From an uncultured delta proteobacterium (GTDB lineage Bacteria; Desulfobacterota; BSN033; UBA1163), in the NCBI GenBank assembly GCA_963827685.1, contig CAWHBU010000006.1, positions 497,932 through 561,931 of the forward strand: a stretch of DNA of 64,000 nt, written 5' to 3'. Positions 1-9,371 of this stretch are shown here, one piece after another. The position numbers and the translations under genes were made by a program. The notes below the pieces were generated by a model that saw only the letters and a program-made list of their open reading frames with translations, searched no databases and was not told where the DNA came from. How positions within the stretch are numbered: the first letter of the stretch is position 1; each line of letters opens with the position of its first letter.

Positions 1-132
1 AGCGCCGCAGAAGGTGCACTTCTCATCGACAACCGCAATCCCTTCCTTCATGCTCAGTGCGCCAAAGGGACAGGCGGAAATACAAGATTCGCATCCGGTG
101 CAGGTATCCTTGTCAATCAATAATCTAGCCAT
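1..132 (-). CDS. etfA: Electron transfer flavoprotein alpha subunit with N-terminal 2x[4Fe-4S] ferredoxin domain (5' part only, runs off the window)
   Basis: Manual translation from ATG at 132: MARLLIDKDTCTGCESCISACPFGALSMKEGIAVVDEKCTFCGA (CxxCxxCxxxCP plus start of a second cluster motif). Directly downstream of etfB, with AGGAGG RBS. The etfA identity is inferred from context. Confidence 0.75.
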   Translation of the reverse strand, partial: MARLLIDKDTCTGCESCISACPFGALSMKEGIAVVDEKCTFCGA

Positions 133-220
133 TCGCTTCTCCTCCTATATTCAATAAGGAATTAAGGAATTTAGGGATTATTTTCCCAAGTTCGCAATTC
201 CTCAATCCGCAATTCCTCAA

Positions 221-1021
221 TTACTTTATGAACTTGGTATCCATCAATTTGTTGACCAGCAGAGGAACCACTTCTGGTAATTCCCCCTGCAAAATCTCGC
301 CGCCGCCCCCCCTGGCCTCGGGAGAAAAAACTTTCGTCACCCAGGTGGGGGACCCCTTCAATCCAATACGATTCTCATCCGCGCCGATATCGTTTGCAGT
401 CAAAGTGGGAATCTGTGCCTTGGCTGCCTTCTTGATCCCTATCAGAGAAGGGAGTCTCGGTTCATTGATGTCCTTCATAACTGTCAACAGAACGGGAAGC
501 GAAGATTCCACGATCTCTCTCCCGTCCTCCAGCAACCGTTCCACCACGATCCTCTTCTTGGCGGGATCAATCTCCTTGACCTTTGAAACATAAGTCAATT
601 GCGGAATTCCCAGGCGGGTGGCAATGCCCGGTCCCACTTGAGCTGTATCCCCATCAATGGCTTGCTTTCCGCAAATGACCAAGTCCACTTCCCCTACGAT
701 CGCCTGAATCGTCTTCGCCACGGTATAAGCCGTAGCCAGGGTGTCTGCTCCTGCAAAGGCTCTGTCTGAGACCAGATAGACCTTATCCGCACCCACGGCC
801 AGTGCGTTTTTCAATACCTCGCTGGCCTGTGGGGGGCCCATACTGATCACGTGGATTTCTCCGCCATGCTTCTCTTTGATGAGAAGCGCTTCTTCTATCG
901 CGTACTCATCGAAGGGATTGGTAATGCTTGCCACACCCTCCCGGACCAGTGTGTTGGTCTTCGGGTCAATCTTCACATCCGTCGTGTCCGGAACCTGTTT
1001 AATACATACGGCGATCTTCAC
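221..1021 (-). CDS. etfB: Electron transfer flavoprotein beta subunit
   Basis: KIAVCIKQVPDT, NPFDEYAIEEA, GKQAIDGDTAQVGPG, GLKGSPTWV. Start placed at GTG 1021 after GAGGAG. Confidence 0.95.
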   Translation of the reverse strand: MKIAVCIKQVPDTTDVKIDPKTNTLVREGVASITNPFDEYAIEEALLIKEKHGGEIHVISMGPPQASEVLKNALAVGADKVYLVSDRAFAGADTLATAYTVAKTIQAIVGEVDLVICGKQAIDGDTAQVGPGIATRLGIPQLTYVSKVKEIDPAKKRIVVERLLEDGREIVESSLPVLLTVMKDINEPRLPSLIGIKKAAKAQIPTLTANDIGADENRIGLKGSPTWVTKVFSPEARGGGGEILQGELPEVVPLLVNKLMDTKFIK

Positions 1022-1031
1022 TTTTTCCTCC

Positions 1032-1826
1032 TCATTTTCCTTTGAAATTCGGTTTCCTCTTTTCAATAAATGCCGTCATTCCCTCCTTCTGATCCTCGCT
1101 GGCAAAACCAAGACCGAAGGCATAGGATTCTAAAGAACATGCCTCTGCCAAATCCATATTGAAACCAGCATCCACCGCCATCTTAGCCAATTTCACCCCG
1201 ATGGCTCCGTTGGCCGCGATCTGCAGGGCCACTTTCTTGGTCTCCTCCATCAGAGAAGCATGGGGAAAGACTCGATTGACAATCCCCATCTGATAGGCTT
1301 CCTGAGCAGTAACCATACTTCCTGTCAAGAGCAGTTCTTTCGCTTTCCCTTTCCCGATCAGACGAGGAAGTCTCTGTGTTCCTCCGAAACCTGGGAAGAT
1401 GCCGAGGGTGACCTCCGGAAAGCCGAACCTTGCATTCTCAGAGGCATAGATGAAATCACAGGCAATGGCGATTTCCGTTCCTCCTCCAAGCGCGTAGCCA
1501 TTGACGGCAGCGATGACCGGCCGATCAAGATCCTGGATCATTTTTAAGGTGAGATGGCCCAGCTTCGAAAAGTTCAGGGCCTCGAAGGAGTTCATCCCCT
1601 TCATCTCCCCGATATCGGCCCCAGCGACAAATGCTTTCTCTCCACTCCCCGTGATGATGAGAACCTTCAGCTCTGAATGGTCCTTCACTTCCTGGATCCC
1701 TGCCTGGATATCTTTGAGCGTCTCAATGTTTAAGGCATTGAGCGCCTTGGGTCGGTTAATCGCCAGGATCCCGATTTCCCCTTCAAAAGACACCAAAATA
1801 TTTTTATAATCCATCTTACTCTCCAT
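1032..1826 (-). CDS. crt: Enoyl-CoA hydratase (crotonase family)
   Basis: NRPKALNAL, AFVAGADI, NGYALGGGTE, FGFPEVTLGIFPGFGGTQRLPR motifs. Confidence 0.9.
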   Translation of the reverse strand: MESKMDYKNILVSFEGEIGILAINRPKALNALNIETLKDIQAGIQEVKDHSELKVLIITGSGEKAFVAGADIGEMKGMNSFEALNFSKLGHLTLKMIQDLDRPVIAAVNGYALGGGTEIAIACDFIYASENARFGFPEVTLGIFPGFGGTQRLPRLIGKGKAKELLLTGSMVTAQEAYQMGIVNRVFPHASLMEETKKVALQIAANGAIGVKLAKMAVDAGFNMDLAEACSLESYAFGLGFASEDQKEGMTAFIEKRKPNFKGK

Positions 1827-1880
1827 TAGTTCGGAGTTTCTAAATCTTATTTCTTACTCCGAACACCGAACTCTTAACTC

Positions 1881-3164
1881 CTAACTTCTTTCAACAATCA
1901 TGGCCATGCCTTGACCACCCCCAATACAGAGGGTGGCAAGACCGAGATTGACTTTCCGGCGTCTCATTTCATGAAGAAGCGTCACGATCAACCTTGCGCC
2001 CGAGCATCCAATCGGATGCCCCAGAGAGATTCCGCTCCCATTGACATTCGTCTTTTCCATGTCGAATTGCAGCTCCCGAATGCACGCAATCGCCTGAGAA
2101 GCAAAGGCCTCGTTCAGCTCAATCAATCCAATGTCGTGAAGCGTGACTCCGGCCTTTCTCAAGGCCTTCCTCACAGCAGGAATAGGACCTAAGCCCATAT
2201 AGGCTGGGTCAACGCCTCCGGCGGCATAGGACCGAATCGTTCCCATGGGTTCTAAATTCAACGTCTTCGCCATTTCTTTAGACATCAACAGGACAGCGGC
2301 AGCCGCATCATTGATCCCGGAGGCATTTCCTGCGGTAACGGTTCCTCCTGGTTTAAAGGCGGTCGGGAGTTTTGCCATCTTCTCCAATGAAGTATCCATA
2401 GGCCTCTCATCGGTATCGAAGAGGATGGGTTCACCCTTCTTTTGGGGAATCACCACTGGAACGACCTCTTCCTTAAAAATTCCGTTTTTGATAGCCGCTC
2501 TCGCCCTCTGATGGCTCAGCAATCCCAGTTCATCCTGTTCCTTTCTCGAAATGCCATACTTCTCGGCGATGTTTTCAGCAGTGAGTCCCATGTGGTATCC
2601 ATAAAAGATTTCAAAGAGACCATCAAAGACCATCAAATCCACCATCTCTTGGTTGAACATCCTGGCACCCCATCGACCTTGTGGAAACGCATAGGGAACC
2701 TGACTCATGTTCTCCATTCCCCCTGCCACCACCACCTCTGCCTCCCCTGTCAGGATCGATTGAGCACCTAAGGCAATGGCCTTAAGACCCGAAGCACAGA
2801 CCTTGTTAATGGTAAAGGCATTGGTCTCCTTCGGAACCCCGGCATGAATCGTCGCCTGACGCGCTGGATTCTGTCCCTGTCCAGCCTGGATGACATTGCC
2901 CATGATCACCTCATCGACTTGAATTCCCTTCATGGACTCATCCCATTGGTAATGGGATTTCTCCAGTTCTGTCATTCCTGTCCCTTTAAAGACATCAGGG
3001 GCAACCTCAAGAAGCTCCTTCTTGACGATCGGCTTAAGACCCACTTTCTTAAGAGCTTCTCTGATGACAAGGGCCCCTAATTTAATGGCCGAAACCTCCT
3101 TCAGGGAGGCCCCGAATGTACCGATGGCCGTTCTAACTCCACTCACAATGACAACCTCTCTCAT
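1881..3164 (-). CDS. Acetyl-CoA C-acyltransferase (thiolase)
   Basis: INKVCASG, NEAFA, GHPIGCSG, LCIGGGQG catalytic motifs. Confidence 0.95.
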   Translation of the reverse strand: MREVVIVSGVRTAIGTFGASLKEVSAIKLGALVIREALKKVGLKPIVKKELLEVAPDVFKGTGMTELEKSHYQWDESMKGIQVDEVIMGNVIQAGQGQNPARQATIHAGVPKETNAFTINKVCASGLKAIALGAQSILTGEAEVVVAGGMENMSQVPYAFPQGRWGARMFNQEMVDLMVFDGLFEIFYGYHMGLTAENIAEKYGISRKEQDELGLLSHQRARAAIKNGIFKEEVVPVVIPQKKGEPILFDTDERPMDTSLEKMAKLPTAFKPGGTVTAGNASGINDAAAAVLLMSKEMAKTLNLEPMGTIRSYAAGGVDPAYMGLGPIPAVRKALRKAGVTLHDIGLIELNEAFASQAIACIRELQFDMEKTNVNGSGISLGHPIGCSGARLIVTLLHEMRRRKVNLGLATLCIGGGQGMAMIVERS

Positions 3165-3298
3165 TTGATTCTCCTTTTTATTACCCCCCTCATGACAAAT
3201 TTGAGATGAAATATAAAAATAGGCTGCTCGTTAATTCAAAAGAAAATTTTCACGGGTATGTTTTTTAGCCCAAAACACCCCTTTTGTCAACTTATTTC

Positions 3299-3344
3299 TT
3301 CCCCTCCCCTCTTCCCTTGGAGGGAGAGGGATAGGGTGAGGGTG
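3299..3344. repeat. CCCCTC(T)CCC...GGGAGAGGG palindromic intergenic repeat
   Basis: CCCTCTTCCCTTGGAGGGAGAGGG-ATAGGGTGAGGG; related copies at ~16420-16470, ~42525-42617, ~50407-50500. Confidence 0.7.
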
Positions 3345-3407
3345 AATTACTATTCTCTTAAGAGCATTCGTCACGGAATTGGGGATGCTTTCTCTTGGGT
3401 TGGAATA

Positions 3408-4412
3408 TTAATGACTTAATTTCAATTTCGAAAGGTCAGCAGCAGTGGAGATAGCTTTGATAAGATTGGTTGGATCGGCCACTCCTTTTCCGGCAATGTC
3501 ATAGGCTGTCCCATGATCGACCGATGTCCGGATGAAAGGTAGTCCCAAGGTGAAATTGACGGCTTCCTTAAAATCGAGCATCTTAATCGGGATGAGGCCT
3601 TGGTCGTGATACATGGAAATGACGGCATCAAAGTCGTAACGGCCTGAAAGGTTGAAAAAGGAGTCAGCGGGAAAAGGCCCTTCAACATCCATTCCAAGGG
3701 ATTTCGCTTCTGCAATGGCCGGAAGGATCTCCCTTTTCTCTTCTTCTCCCAAGAGTCCATCTTCTCCGCAATGGGGATTGAGGCCGAGGACGGCAATTCT
3801 GGGGTGGGCAGTCCCGAAATATTTTTTCATCCCATCAGCCGTCAAACGAATGGTAGAAAGGATACGATTCGAAGTGATCCATTTTGAAATATCCTTCAAG
3901 GGAAGATGGGTCGTCACCAGAACGATTTTCCATTTTGATCCCAAAAACATCATGGCGACAGGGGAAGTTTGAGCCAAATGGGCCAAAAGCTCAGTATGGC
4001 CCGGGAATGAGTAACCGGCTGAATTCATCGCCTGCTTATTGATCGGACAGGTAGTAATCGCATCCAACTCTCCTCTCCTCACCCGCTTGACCGCCTCTTC
4101 AATATATTTCACCATTGCCTCTCCGCACGCTCTGTCCGGTTTTCCGAAACGGAGAGAAGGTACCTCTAATTGGCTTAACGGAAGGAGGAATATTTTCTGG
4201 GGAAGGTATCCGTCTTCGGGAATTTTCTCGATGACCTCAATGGTGACAGAAAGCTTTTGAATTTGGATGGCTCTTGAAAGCACCTCCCGGTCACCGAAGA
4301 CGATCGGCCGGCAGGCTTGAAACGGCTCTCCCATGGAGAGAGCCTTCACGATAATTTCCGGTCCGATGCCGGTCGGATCCCCCATCGTGATCCCGATGAT
4401 AGGAAGTGTCAT
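3408..4412 (-). CDS. pdxA: 4-hydroxythreonine-4-phosphate dehydrogenase
   Basis: ITMGDPTGIGPE, GHTE, GLNPHCGE, MYHDQGLIPIK, RTSVDHGTAYDIAG. Confidence 0.95.
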   Translation of the reverse strand: MTLPIIGITMGDPTGIGPEIIVKALSMGEPFQACRPIVFGDREVLSRAIQIQKLSVTIEVIEKIPEDGYLPQKIFLLPLSQLEVPSLRFGKPDRACGEAMVKYIEEAVKRVRRGELDAITTCPINKQAMNSAGYSFPGHTELLAHLAQTSPVAMMFLGSKWKIVLVTTHLPLKDISKWITSNRILSTIRLTADGMKKYFGTAHPRIAVLGLNPHCGEDGLLGEEEKREILPAIAEAKSLGMDVEGPFPADSFFNLSGRYDFDAVISMYHDQGLIPIKMLDFKEAVNFTLGLPFIRTSVDHGTAYDIAGKGVADPTNLIKAISTAADLSKLKLSH

Positions 4413-4438
4413 ACAATTAACCTCTATCAGAAATCATC

Positions 4439-5562
4439 CTAGTATCTAATTATATAAATAAGCGTACTTATTTTTAGGGTGAACTGATTTGACATAACGC
4501 TTGGTCCATTCAAACGGGGCTGCCTTTTCGTTATGGACGGAAATAAACTCATCGATCGCCTGGCGCAACTGTCGGACGCTTGTAAAGGAGGCGCCCCTCA
4601 AGGCATAGCGGCTCAGAAGACTGAACCAGATTTCGATCTGGTTCAGCCAGGAAGCATGTGTGGGCGTAAAATGAAAATGAACCTTCGGATGGCGTTTAAT
4701 CCAATGATCCCTCTTCGGTCGATGAGTCTTCAAATTGTCCATAATCACATGGATTTCCTCGTCCGGATGTTCGGCAACGATCTCGTTCATAAAATCCAGA
4801 AACTCCCGGCGACAACGGCGGCCGTAATGGCCCGCCTTCACTTGTCCCGTGGCCACATTCAAGGCTGCAAAGAGGGTACTCGTTCCATGCCGTCTATACT
4901 CATGGTTGGCTCCCGTCAGCGCCTTGCCATTGGGCAGTTTAAGCCACCCCTGAGCCCGTTCCAACGCCTGAATGGCTGGCTTCTCATCCATGCATACCAC
5001 CATGGCGTTCTCAGGAGGATCCAGGTAAAGCCCAACAATATCAGCGGACTTCCGTGCAAATTCAGGGTCCGTCGAAATACACCAACTGCGCCGTCTCTGA
5101 AGGCTAATCCCATACTTGCGCAACACCGCCCACACTTCATAATCCGGGATGCTCGTCCTCTCCCCCAGAAGCCTTCCGTTCCACTGGGCATATCCCTTCG
5201 GAGGAGCTTCATCGATCTTGCGCAGAATTGTGTGTTCGGTCTCTGCGGTGTACTTACGTGGCTGCCCGGGGCGCGGTTCATCAAGCAAACCTGCCAACCC
5301 TTCTCTGACGAAACGGCTACGCCATTTGCAAACGCGTGCAACACGAGTCCTCAGCCTTTTGGCAATCTCCGTGTTACTCTGCCCTTCAGCACCCCAGAGA
5401 ATAATTTGCGCCCTCTCCGCCATACGCTTGGGAGTGGTATGGGTTCGAACCAATCGATCCAACTCAGCCCGTTGCTCGGGCTCCAACGTGATTTCTTTTG
5501 CTTTCCTGCTCATAATACAGGAAAGTTAGCATATTACGCTTATTATGTCAAGTAGATACTAG
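4439..5562 (-). mobile_element. IS630-family insertion sequence (single-ORF type)
   Basis: Imperfect terminal IRs CTAGTATCTA(A/C)TT..AATAAGCGTA at both ends, CTAG at both junctions; carries DDE transposase 4446..5513. Confidence 0.9.
4446..5513 (-). CDS. IS630-family transposase
   Basis: N-terminal HTH, CMDEKPAIQA, YRRHGT, IMDNLKTH, SWLNQIEIWF (DDE). Confidence 0.95.
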   Translation of the reverse strand: MSRKAKEITLEPEQRAELDRLVRTHTTPKRMAERAQIILWGAEGQSNTEIAKRLRTRVARVCKWRSRFVREGLAGLLDEPRPGQPRKYTAETEHTILRKIDEAPPKGYAQWNGRLLGERTSIPDYEVWAVLRKYGISLQRRRSWCISTDPEFARKSADIVGLYLDPPENAMVVCMDEKPAIQALERAQGWLKLPNGKALTGANHEYRRHGTSTLFAALNVATGQVKAGHYGRRCRREFLDFMNEIVAEHPDEEIHVIMDNLKTHRPKRDHWIKRHPKVHFHFTPTHASWLNQIEIWFSLLSRYALRGASFTSVRQLRQAIDEFISVHNEKAAPFEWTKRYVKSVHPKNKYAYLYN

Positions 5563-5704
5563 TGCAGTGAATCTAACGCTTCTTTACATTAATTTCCTAG
5601 GCCGTCATTCCCGCGAAGGCGGGAATCCAGCCCAAAAACAATGGATTCCGGGTCAAGCCCGCAATGACAAATAAAGGAAAGAGATTTCTGAATCACTACA
5701 CTAG
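5559..5704. mobile_element. MITE-like element with CTAGTG(C/T)AGTGA ends carrying a GTCATTCCCGCGAAGGCGGGAATCC repeat
   Basis: Left CTAGTGCAGTGAATC vs right GAATCACTACACTAG; internal double hairpin 5604-5668; no ORF. Confidence 0.7.
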
Positions 5705-5840
5705 CATTTTATACACATTATACACTACTGCAAGGTGAAAATCTTATCAACTGCTTGGGTGCCTCGCCTGCGGCGTGGAGGTATGGAAAAAAGCAGGTTA
5801 TCCTGTCAATCATTTCACGTCGGTTGAATAACGTTTTTTT

Positions 5841-5930
5841 TCACAAACCATCCAATGGACTTCTAATTTCGGAAGGTTTCTTCCGTATCACATGGGTGTA
5901 AATCATCGTCGTATTCACATGCTTGTGACC
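5841..5930 (-). pseudogene. intI: C-terminal remnant of an integron integrase (IntI-like tyrosine recombinase)
   Basis: Manual translation GHKHVNTTMIYTHVIRKKPSEIRSPLDGL* matches the IntI C-terminus (GH..V.TTMIYTHV......SPLD) with catalytic Tyr; upstream part missing. Confidence 0.8.
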
Positions 5931-6094
5931 GTGAAAGAAACATCTCAAAATCTCTGAGTTCACCCAGTTCTCTGTCCATCAATTGACCGAATAATAATTT
6001 TGATAGTTTAATGATACGCAACATAACATTAATTTTGCAATAAATTATTCATTCCCCAAGGAATGTTTATGCCGTTATTAAGACTCTAAATAAT

Positions 6095-7203
6095 TAATAC
6101 AAACGTCCTAAATAAAGTGACATAACAGTTTATTTATGTTAATATGTGGGCATGAAAAATCCCACATTAATCTTAGAGCATAAAGAGGCCAATAAAGAGC
6201 GTTTATTAGCATTAGCCGAACAAATATCAGGGGCTTGGATAGGCATAAAGATAGCCGCCTTACTCCTGGTGCTTGAAGGGCAACGTCCGGGATGGATAAC
6301 CGAGGTGTTAGGGTTGACCCGGATGAGTTTAAGCCGATGGATTCACGGGGTGAACAAAGACGGCTTAGAGTTCTTAAAATCCAAGCCAAGATCGGGAAGG
6401 CCTCCACGGTTAGAGACAAAGATTCAAAGGGTGCTGGAGGGACACTTAGAGAAGTCTCCGCGGGAATTTGGTTTAAACCGGACTCAATGGGATGGGCCAA
6501 CGGTTGCGATTCATCTGAAACGGTCTTTCGGGATAAACCTGAAGGTGCGGCAAGCCCAACGCTGGATGCATCATTTGGGTTATCGGTTAAAGAGAGCGAG
6601 TTATTCTTATCTTCAAGCACAAAGCCAAGAAGCCCGAAAGTTCCAGCGGGCTTTAAAAAAAACTTGAGTCCCTGGGGCCAAAAGAGACAATTGTATTCCA
6701 GGATGAGACAGGCTTTACGATGCACCCCAGGCTTAGCCGGGGCTGGGCGAAAAAAGGAAAGCGTCTTAAGATTCCCACGACCAGCCAGCATCGTATCCGT
6801 TTGAATATCTCTGGGTGGGTCAATCCTTTGCTTGGACGCTATGGCATGATTCAGACAAAACGGGGGGATAGAGAAGGGTTTCTCAAACTTTTGCGCCACC
6901 TCTATGGAAGGTTTAAAGAATATACCATTTGGCTTTATGTCGACAGGGCCCGCTGGCACAGAGGCGATCCCATCGAACAATTTCTTAAAAAACATCCGAG
7001 GCTCCATATCGAATATTTACCCCCGTATCAACCGGGATTAAACGTGCAAGAACGGATTTGGCGCAGTGTTCGCTATGAATCCACCACCAACCGTTGGTTT
7101 GAAAACCTTGATAATCTTTGGTCTGTCGTTTGTAAAACAACTCGCTCATGGTCTTGTCAAAAGATTCGTAGGCTATGTAACATTACTTAATGCGTTTGTA
7201 TTA
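6095..7203 (+). mobile_element. IS630-family IS, two-ORF frameshifted type, copy 1 (1109 bp including flanking TA)
   Basis: Terminal IRs TAATACAAACG...CGTTTGTATTA; near-identical inverted copy at 61186-62294. Confidence 0.92.
6146..7190 (+). CDS. IS630 transposase, OrfA (HTH) plus OrfB (DDE) joined by a frameshift at an A8 run (~6655-6662)
   Basis: OrfA 6146..6667 ends ALKKT*; the OrfB frame reads KKLESLGPKETIVFQDETGF..YVDRARWH..LNVQERIW; same split in both copies. Confidence 0.85.
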
Positions 7204-7221
7204 GGATCATTTAGATTTTAA

Positions 7222-8734
7222 TGTTTAAGCGAAGTCAATATGTCCCCTTAACTGCAACGTGAAAATGTCCCCTCCAAGGGTTTTGATCTTGACCCTTGAG
7301 TGAGTGGATGAACTTCAATTTGAGTTTCTTTTTTTTAAGTGAGCTCTCATAAGAGATCCCTATTAATGGGCAACAAGCGAAATGTGAATCGCCAGGTTGC
7401 GCTACAATCAACGATGTTCGATGAGCAGGGGGTAAGGGTCACCTTCCCTGGAGGGTGCTGAAGCGAGATAGACCCAGTGGTAATCTTTAACTCCTTTTGC
7501 ATGGTGTTTCTTTCGGGGAAGAGCTCTCACCGGTTCCCGGAGGGAAGTAGGAGGATGTTTCGCAATCAACTGATCTTGAGCGTAGATTCTCCAAGATCCG
7601 TTGAGAAGCTGCCGAGCTTCCACCTTGAGCTTCGCATAGGATCTTCTTTGAGGGCCAGGGGGAATATCGAGAACCAATCCTCCCAGCCGAGCCGTATTAT
7701 CGTTGCCGACCGTAGCCGTATAGCGAAAGCTGATGATTCGATCCAGGTCCAGATGGTTTGGGACTTCTCTCCAGGCTTTTTGGGATTCTCTGGGTCTGAC
7801 GGCAAAGCGACGGTTAAAGTCTTTTAAAAAGGTTGATTGTAAAAAGCGATTGGCCTCTTCCATCGTTACAATTTCTTTTAAACGGAGTTCTGCTCCCAGA
7901 CGATCCTGCAGGGTGGCAAAGAGTTTTCTATCCTTCCTTTGGCCTGAGGAGAAAGAGCCGAGATCGGCTCAATCCCCAAGGCTTCGAGAGCTAATCCGAC
8001 TTGAGTCGGTTCCTGTCGGCCAGCGAGTTGCTCTTCCAAGCTCCAGTGAGGGTCATTCCGATGCAACGACCCGTGGCGATCCTGATAGATCATCATTGGG
8101 ATTCCATATTTTTTAATCATCTCTTTAAGAAGCCAGAAATAGCCTGCGGAACCTTCAAAGGGAAAGAAACGGGCGGCCAGCAGTTTCCCGGTCGCATCAT
8201 CGATGGCAGCCATCAGACAGCAAGGTGGAAGGTCTCGGCCAAACCAGGGGTGGGGACTCCCATCCCAGAGGACCATCCATCCTTCTTGAGCCATTCGCTC
8301 CCGTCGCTTTCGATGCTTAGGTCCCCGACGCCTGCGCTTGGGTGCCATCCCCGCCTCCCGCCGTAACTTCCTCACCGTCTCTCGATTCAAATCGATCCCT
8401 TCGCACTCCCGAAGTTTCTCCGTAAAATGGGTATCGTTAAAGTCCCAGTAAACCTCTTCCGACAGCTTTAATACCCTTTCTCGTAAGGACTCCTTGAGCC
8501 GGTGGTTCGAAGGTCGTCCCCTGTTACCATGCACCAAGGCTTTGATCCCTCTCTCCCGGATCGCTTGCCCAATCCGCTTCGCCTGACGGTAGGACACACC
8601 TATCCTCTCTCCAGCCTCCCTCAAGGTGATCTTCCCTACCTTTACGATCTCCATCAGATGCCACCTCTTTAACTCCCTCTGCCCCATGAGTATCTTCTCC
8701 TGTTCCATGGGGACATTTCTACTTTGCTAACACA
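7222..8734 (-). mobile_element. IS1202/ISNCY-like insertion sequence with 16-bp target duplication
   Basis: TGT...ACA ends with imperfect IRs (TGTTTAAGCGAAGTCAATATGTCCCC / TGTGTTAGCAAAGTAGAAATGTCCCC); direct repeat ATCATTTAGATTTTAA at 7206-7221 and 8735-8750. Confidence 0.88.
7408..8708 (-). pseudogene. ISNCY/IS1202-family DDE transposase, frameshifted near 7925
   Basis: LWDGSPHPWF, IDDATG, YQDRH, SPQAKGRIE then a 1-nt loss; continues LFATLQDRL..MEEANRFL in ORF 7408..7863. Confidence 0.85.
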
Positions 8735-8750
8735 ATCATTTAGATTTTAA

Positions 8751-8779
8751 TTGACAAAACATATTTATGAACGTATCGT
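8751..8779 (+). promoter_or_regulatory. Candidate sigma70 cassette promoter (Pc-like)
   Basis: TTGACA-17 bp-TATCGT pointing toward the cassette gene. Confidence 0.5.
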
Positions 8780-8810
8780 CTTATCAAAATATAACTTGCA
8801 GTTCAATAAT

Positions 8811-8952
8811 CGTTCGGCGGTGACAAAACCAAAATGCTGTCCCCGCCGAACGTGCGGCGTTGTGCTTCGCTCATCGCACCTGGCCCGGCGGCTGACGGTA
8901 GAAATCAATAACAAAATAAACCAAACGGCATCTGGCGCCGAGCGTTCGGTGC
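8811..8952 (+). other. Candidate integron attI region ending in core site GTTCGGT (8944-8950)
   Basis: IR CGTTCGGCGG/CCGCCGAACG (8811-8852); GTT core 19 nt before the cassette ATG, complementary to the downstream GCATCGAAC. Confidence 0.55.
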
Positions 8953-8962
8953 ATAGGAATTT

Positions 8963-9340
8963 ATGTCATTAACAATTGCTTTAGCCATTGTTGGGTTCGT
9001 AGGAATTGTCGTGGGTGTTTATTGTCTTAGTCAAAATTTAAAGTTGACCCACTCACCAGCTCAAGGAATTCATTCCCGCAAAAGCGTGGTAATTCTTTTA
9101 ATCATCGGTGCGATCTTAGGAATATCTACGTGGCCAGCAACTTTCTTCATGGGTTACACTGTTAAACTTGAGGAGGGCATAGGTCGAATGGTTAGTCTTC
9201 CATTCTTCGTAGCTTGCTTCGATGCACATGGTGCGGATTTTGTGGGACCTCTGACAATGCCTGAAGTAATAGGCAACGTTATCTTTTGGTTTTTAATACC
9301 ACAAATAATCTTGTTGTTAGTTTGGAAAAGGAGCCGATAA
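8963..9340 (+). CDS. Integron cassette gene, hypothetical ~3-TM membrane protein
   Basis: AT-rich 125-aa hydrophobic ORF, AGGA RBS, flanked by core and inverse-core sites. Confidence 0.7.
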   Translation: MSLTIALAIVGFVGIVVGVYCLSQNLKLTHSPAQGIHSRKSVVILLIIGAILGISTWPATFFMGYTVKLEEGIGRMVSLPFFVACFDAHGADFVGPLTMPEVIGNVIFWFLIPQIILLLVWKRSR

Positions 9341-9344
9341 TTGG

Positions 9345-9371
9345 GCATCGAACAAATCAATGAACCAGACG
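9345..9371 (+). other. Truncated attC (R''-spacer-L'' half)
   Basis: GCATCGAAC-AAATC-AATGAACC-AGACG right after the cassette stop codon; GCATCGAAC is 8/9 complementary to GTTCGGTGC at 8944. Confidence 0.6.

Noticed and set aside
4533-5555. 340-aa plus-strand ORF
   Set aside because: Antisense shadow of the IS630 transposase with no recognisable motifs.
6114-6145. dif/Xer-like site ACATAA-N8-TTATGTTAA (and TTATGTCAAGT at ~5543)
   Set aside because: Both lie within IS ends and are better explained as -35/-10 transposase promoters; spacer and XerC arm do not fit.
6108-7007. 299-aa antisense ORF, repeated at 61382..62281
   Set aside because: Shadow of the IS630 transposase; it is conserved only because the IS is duplicated.
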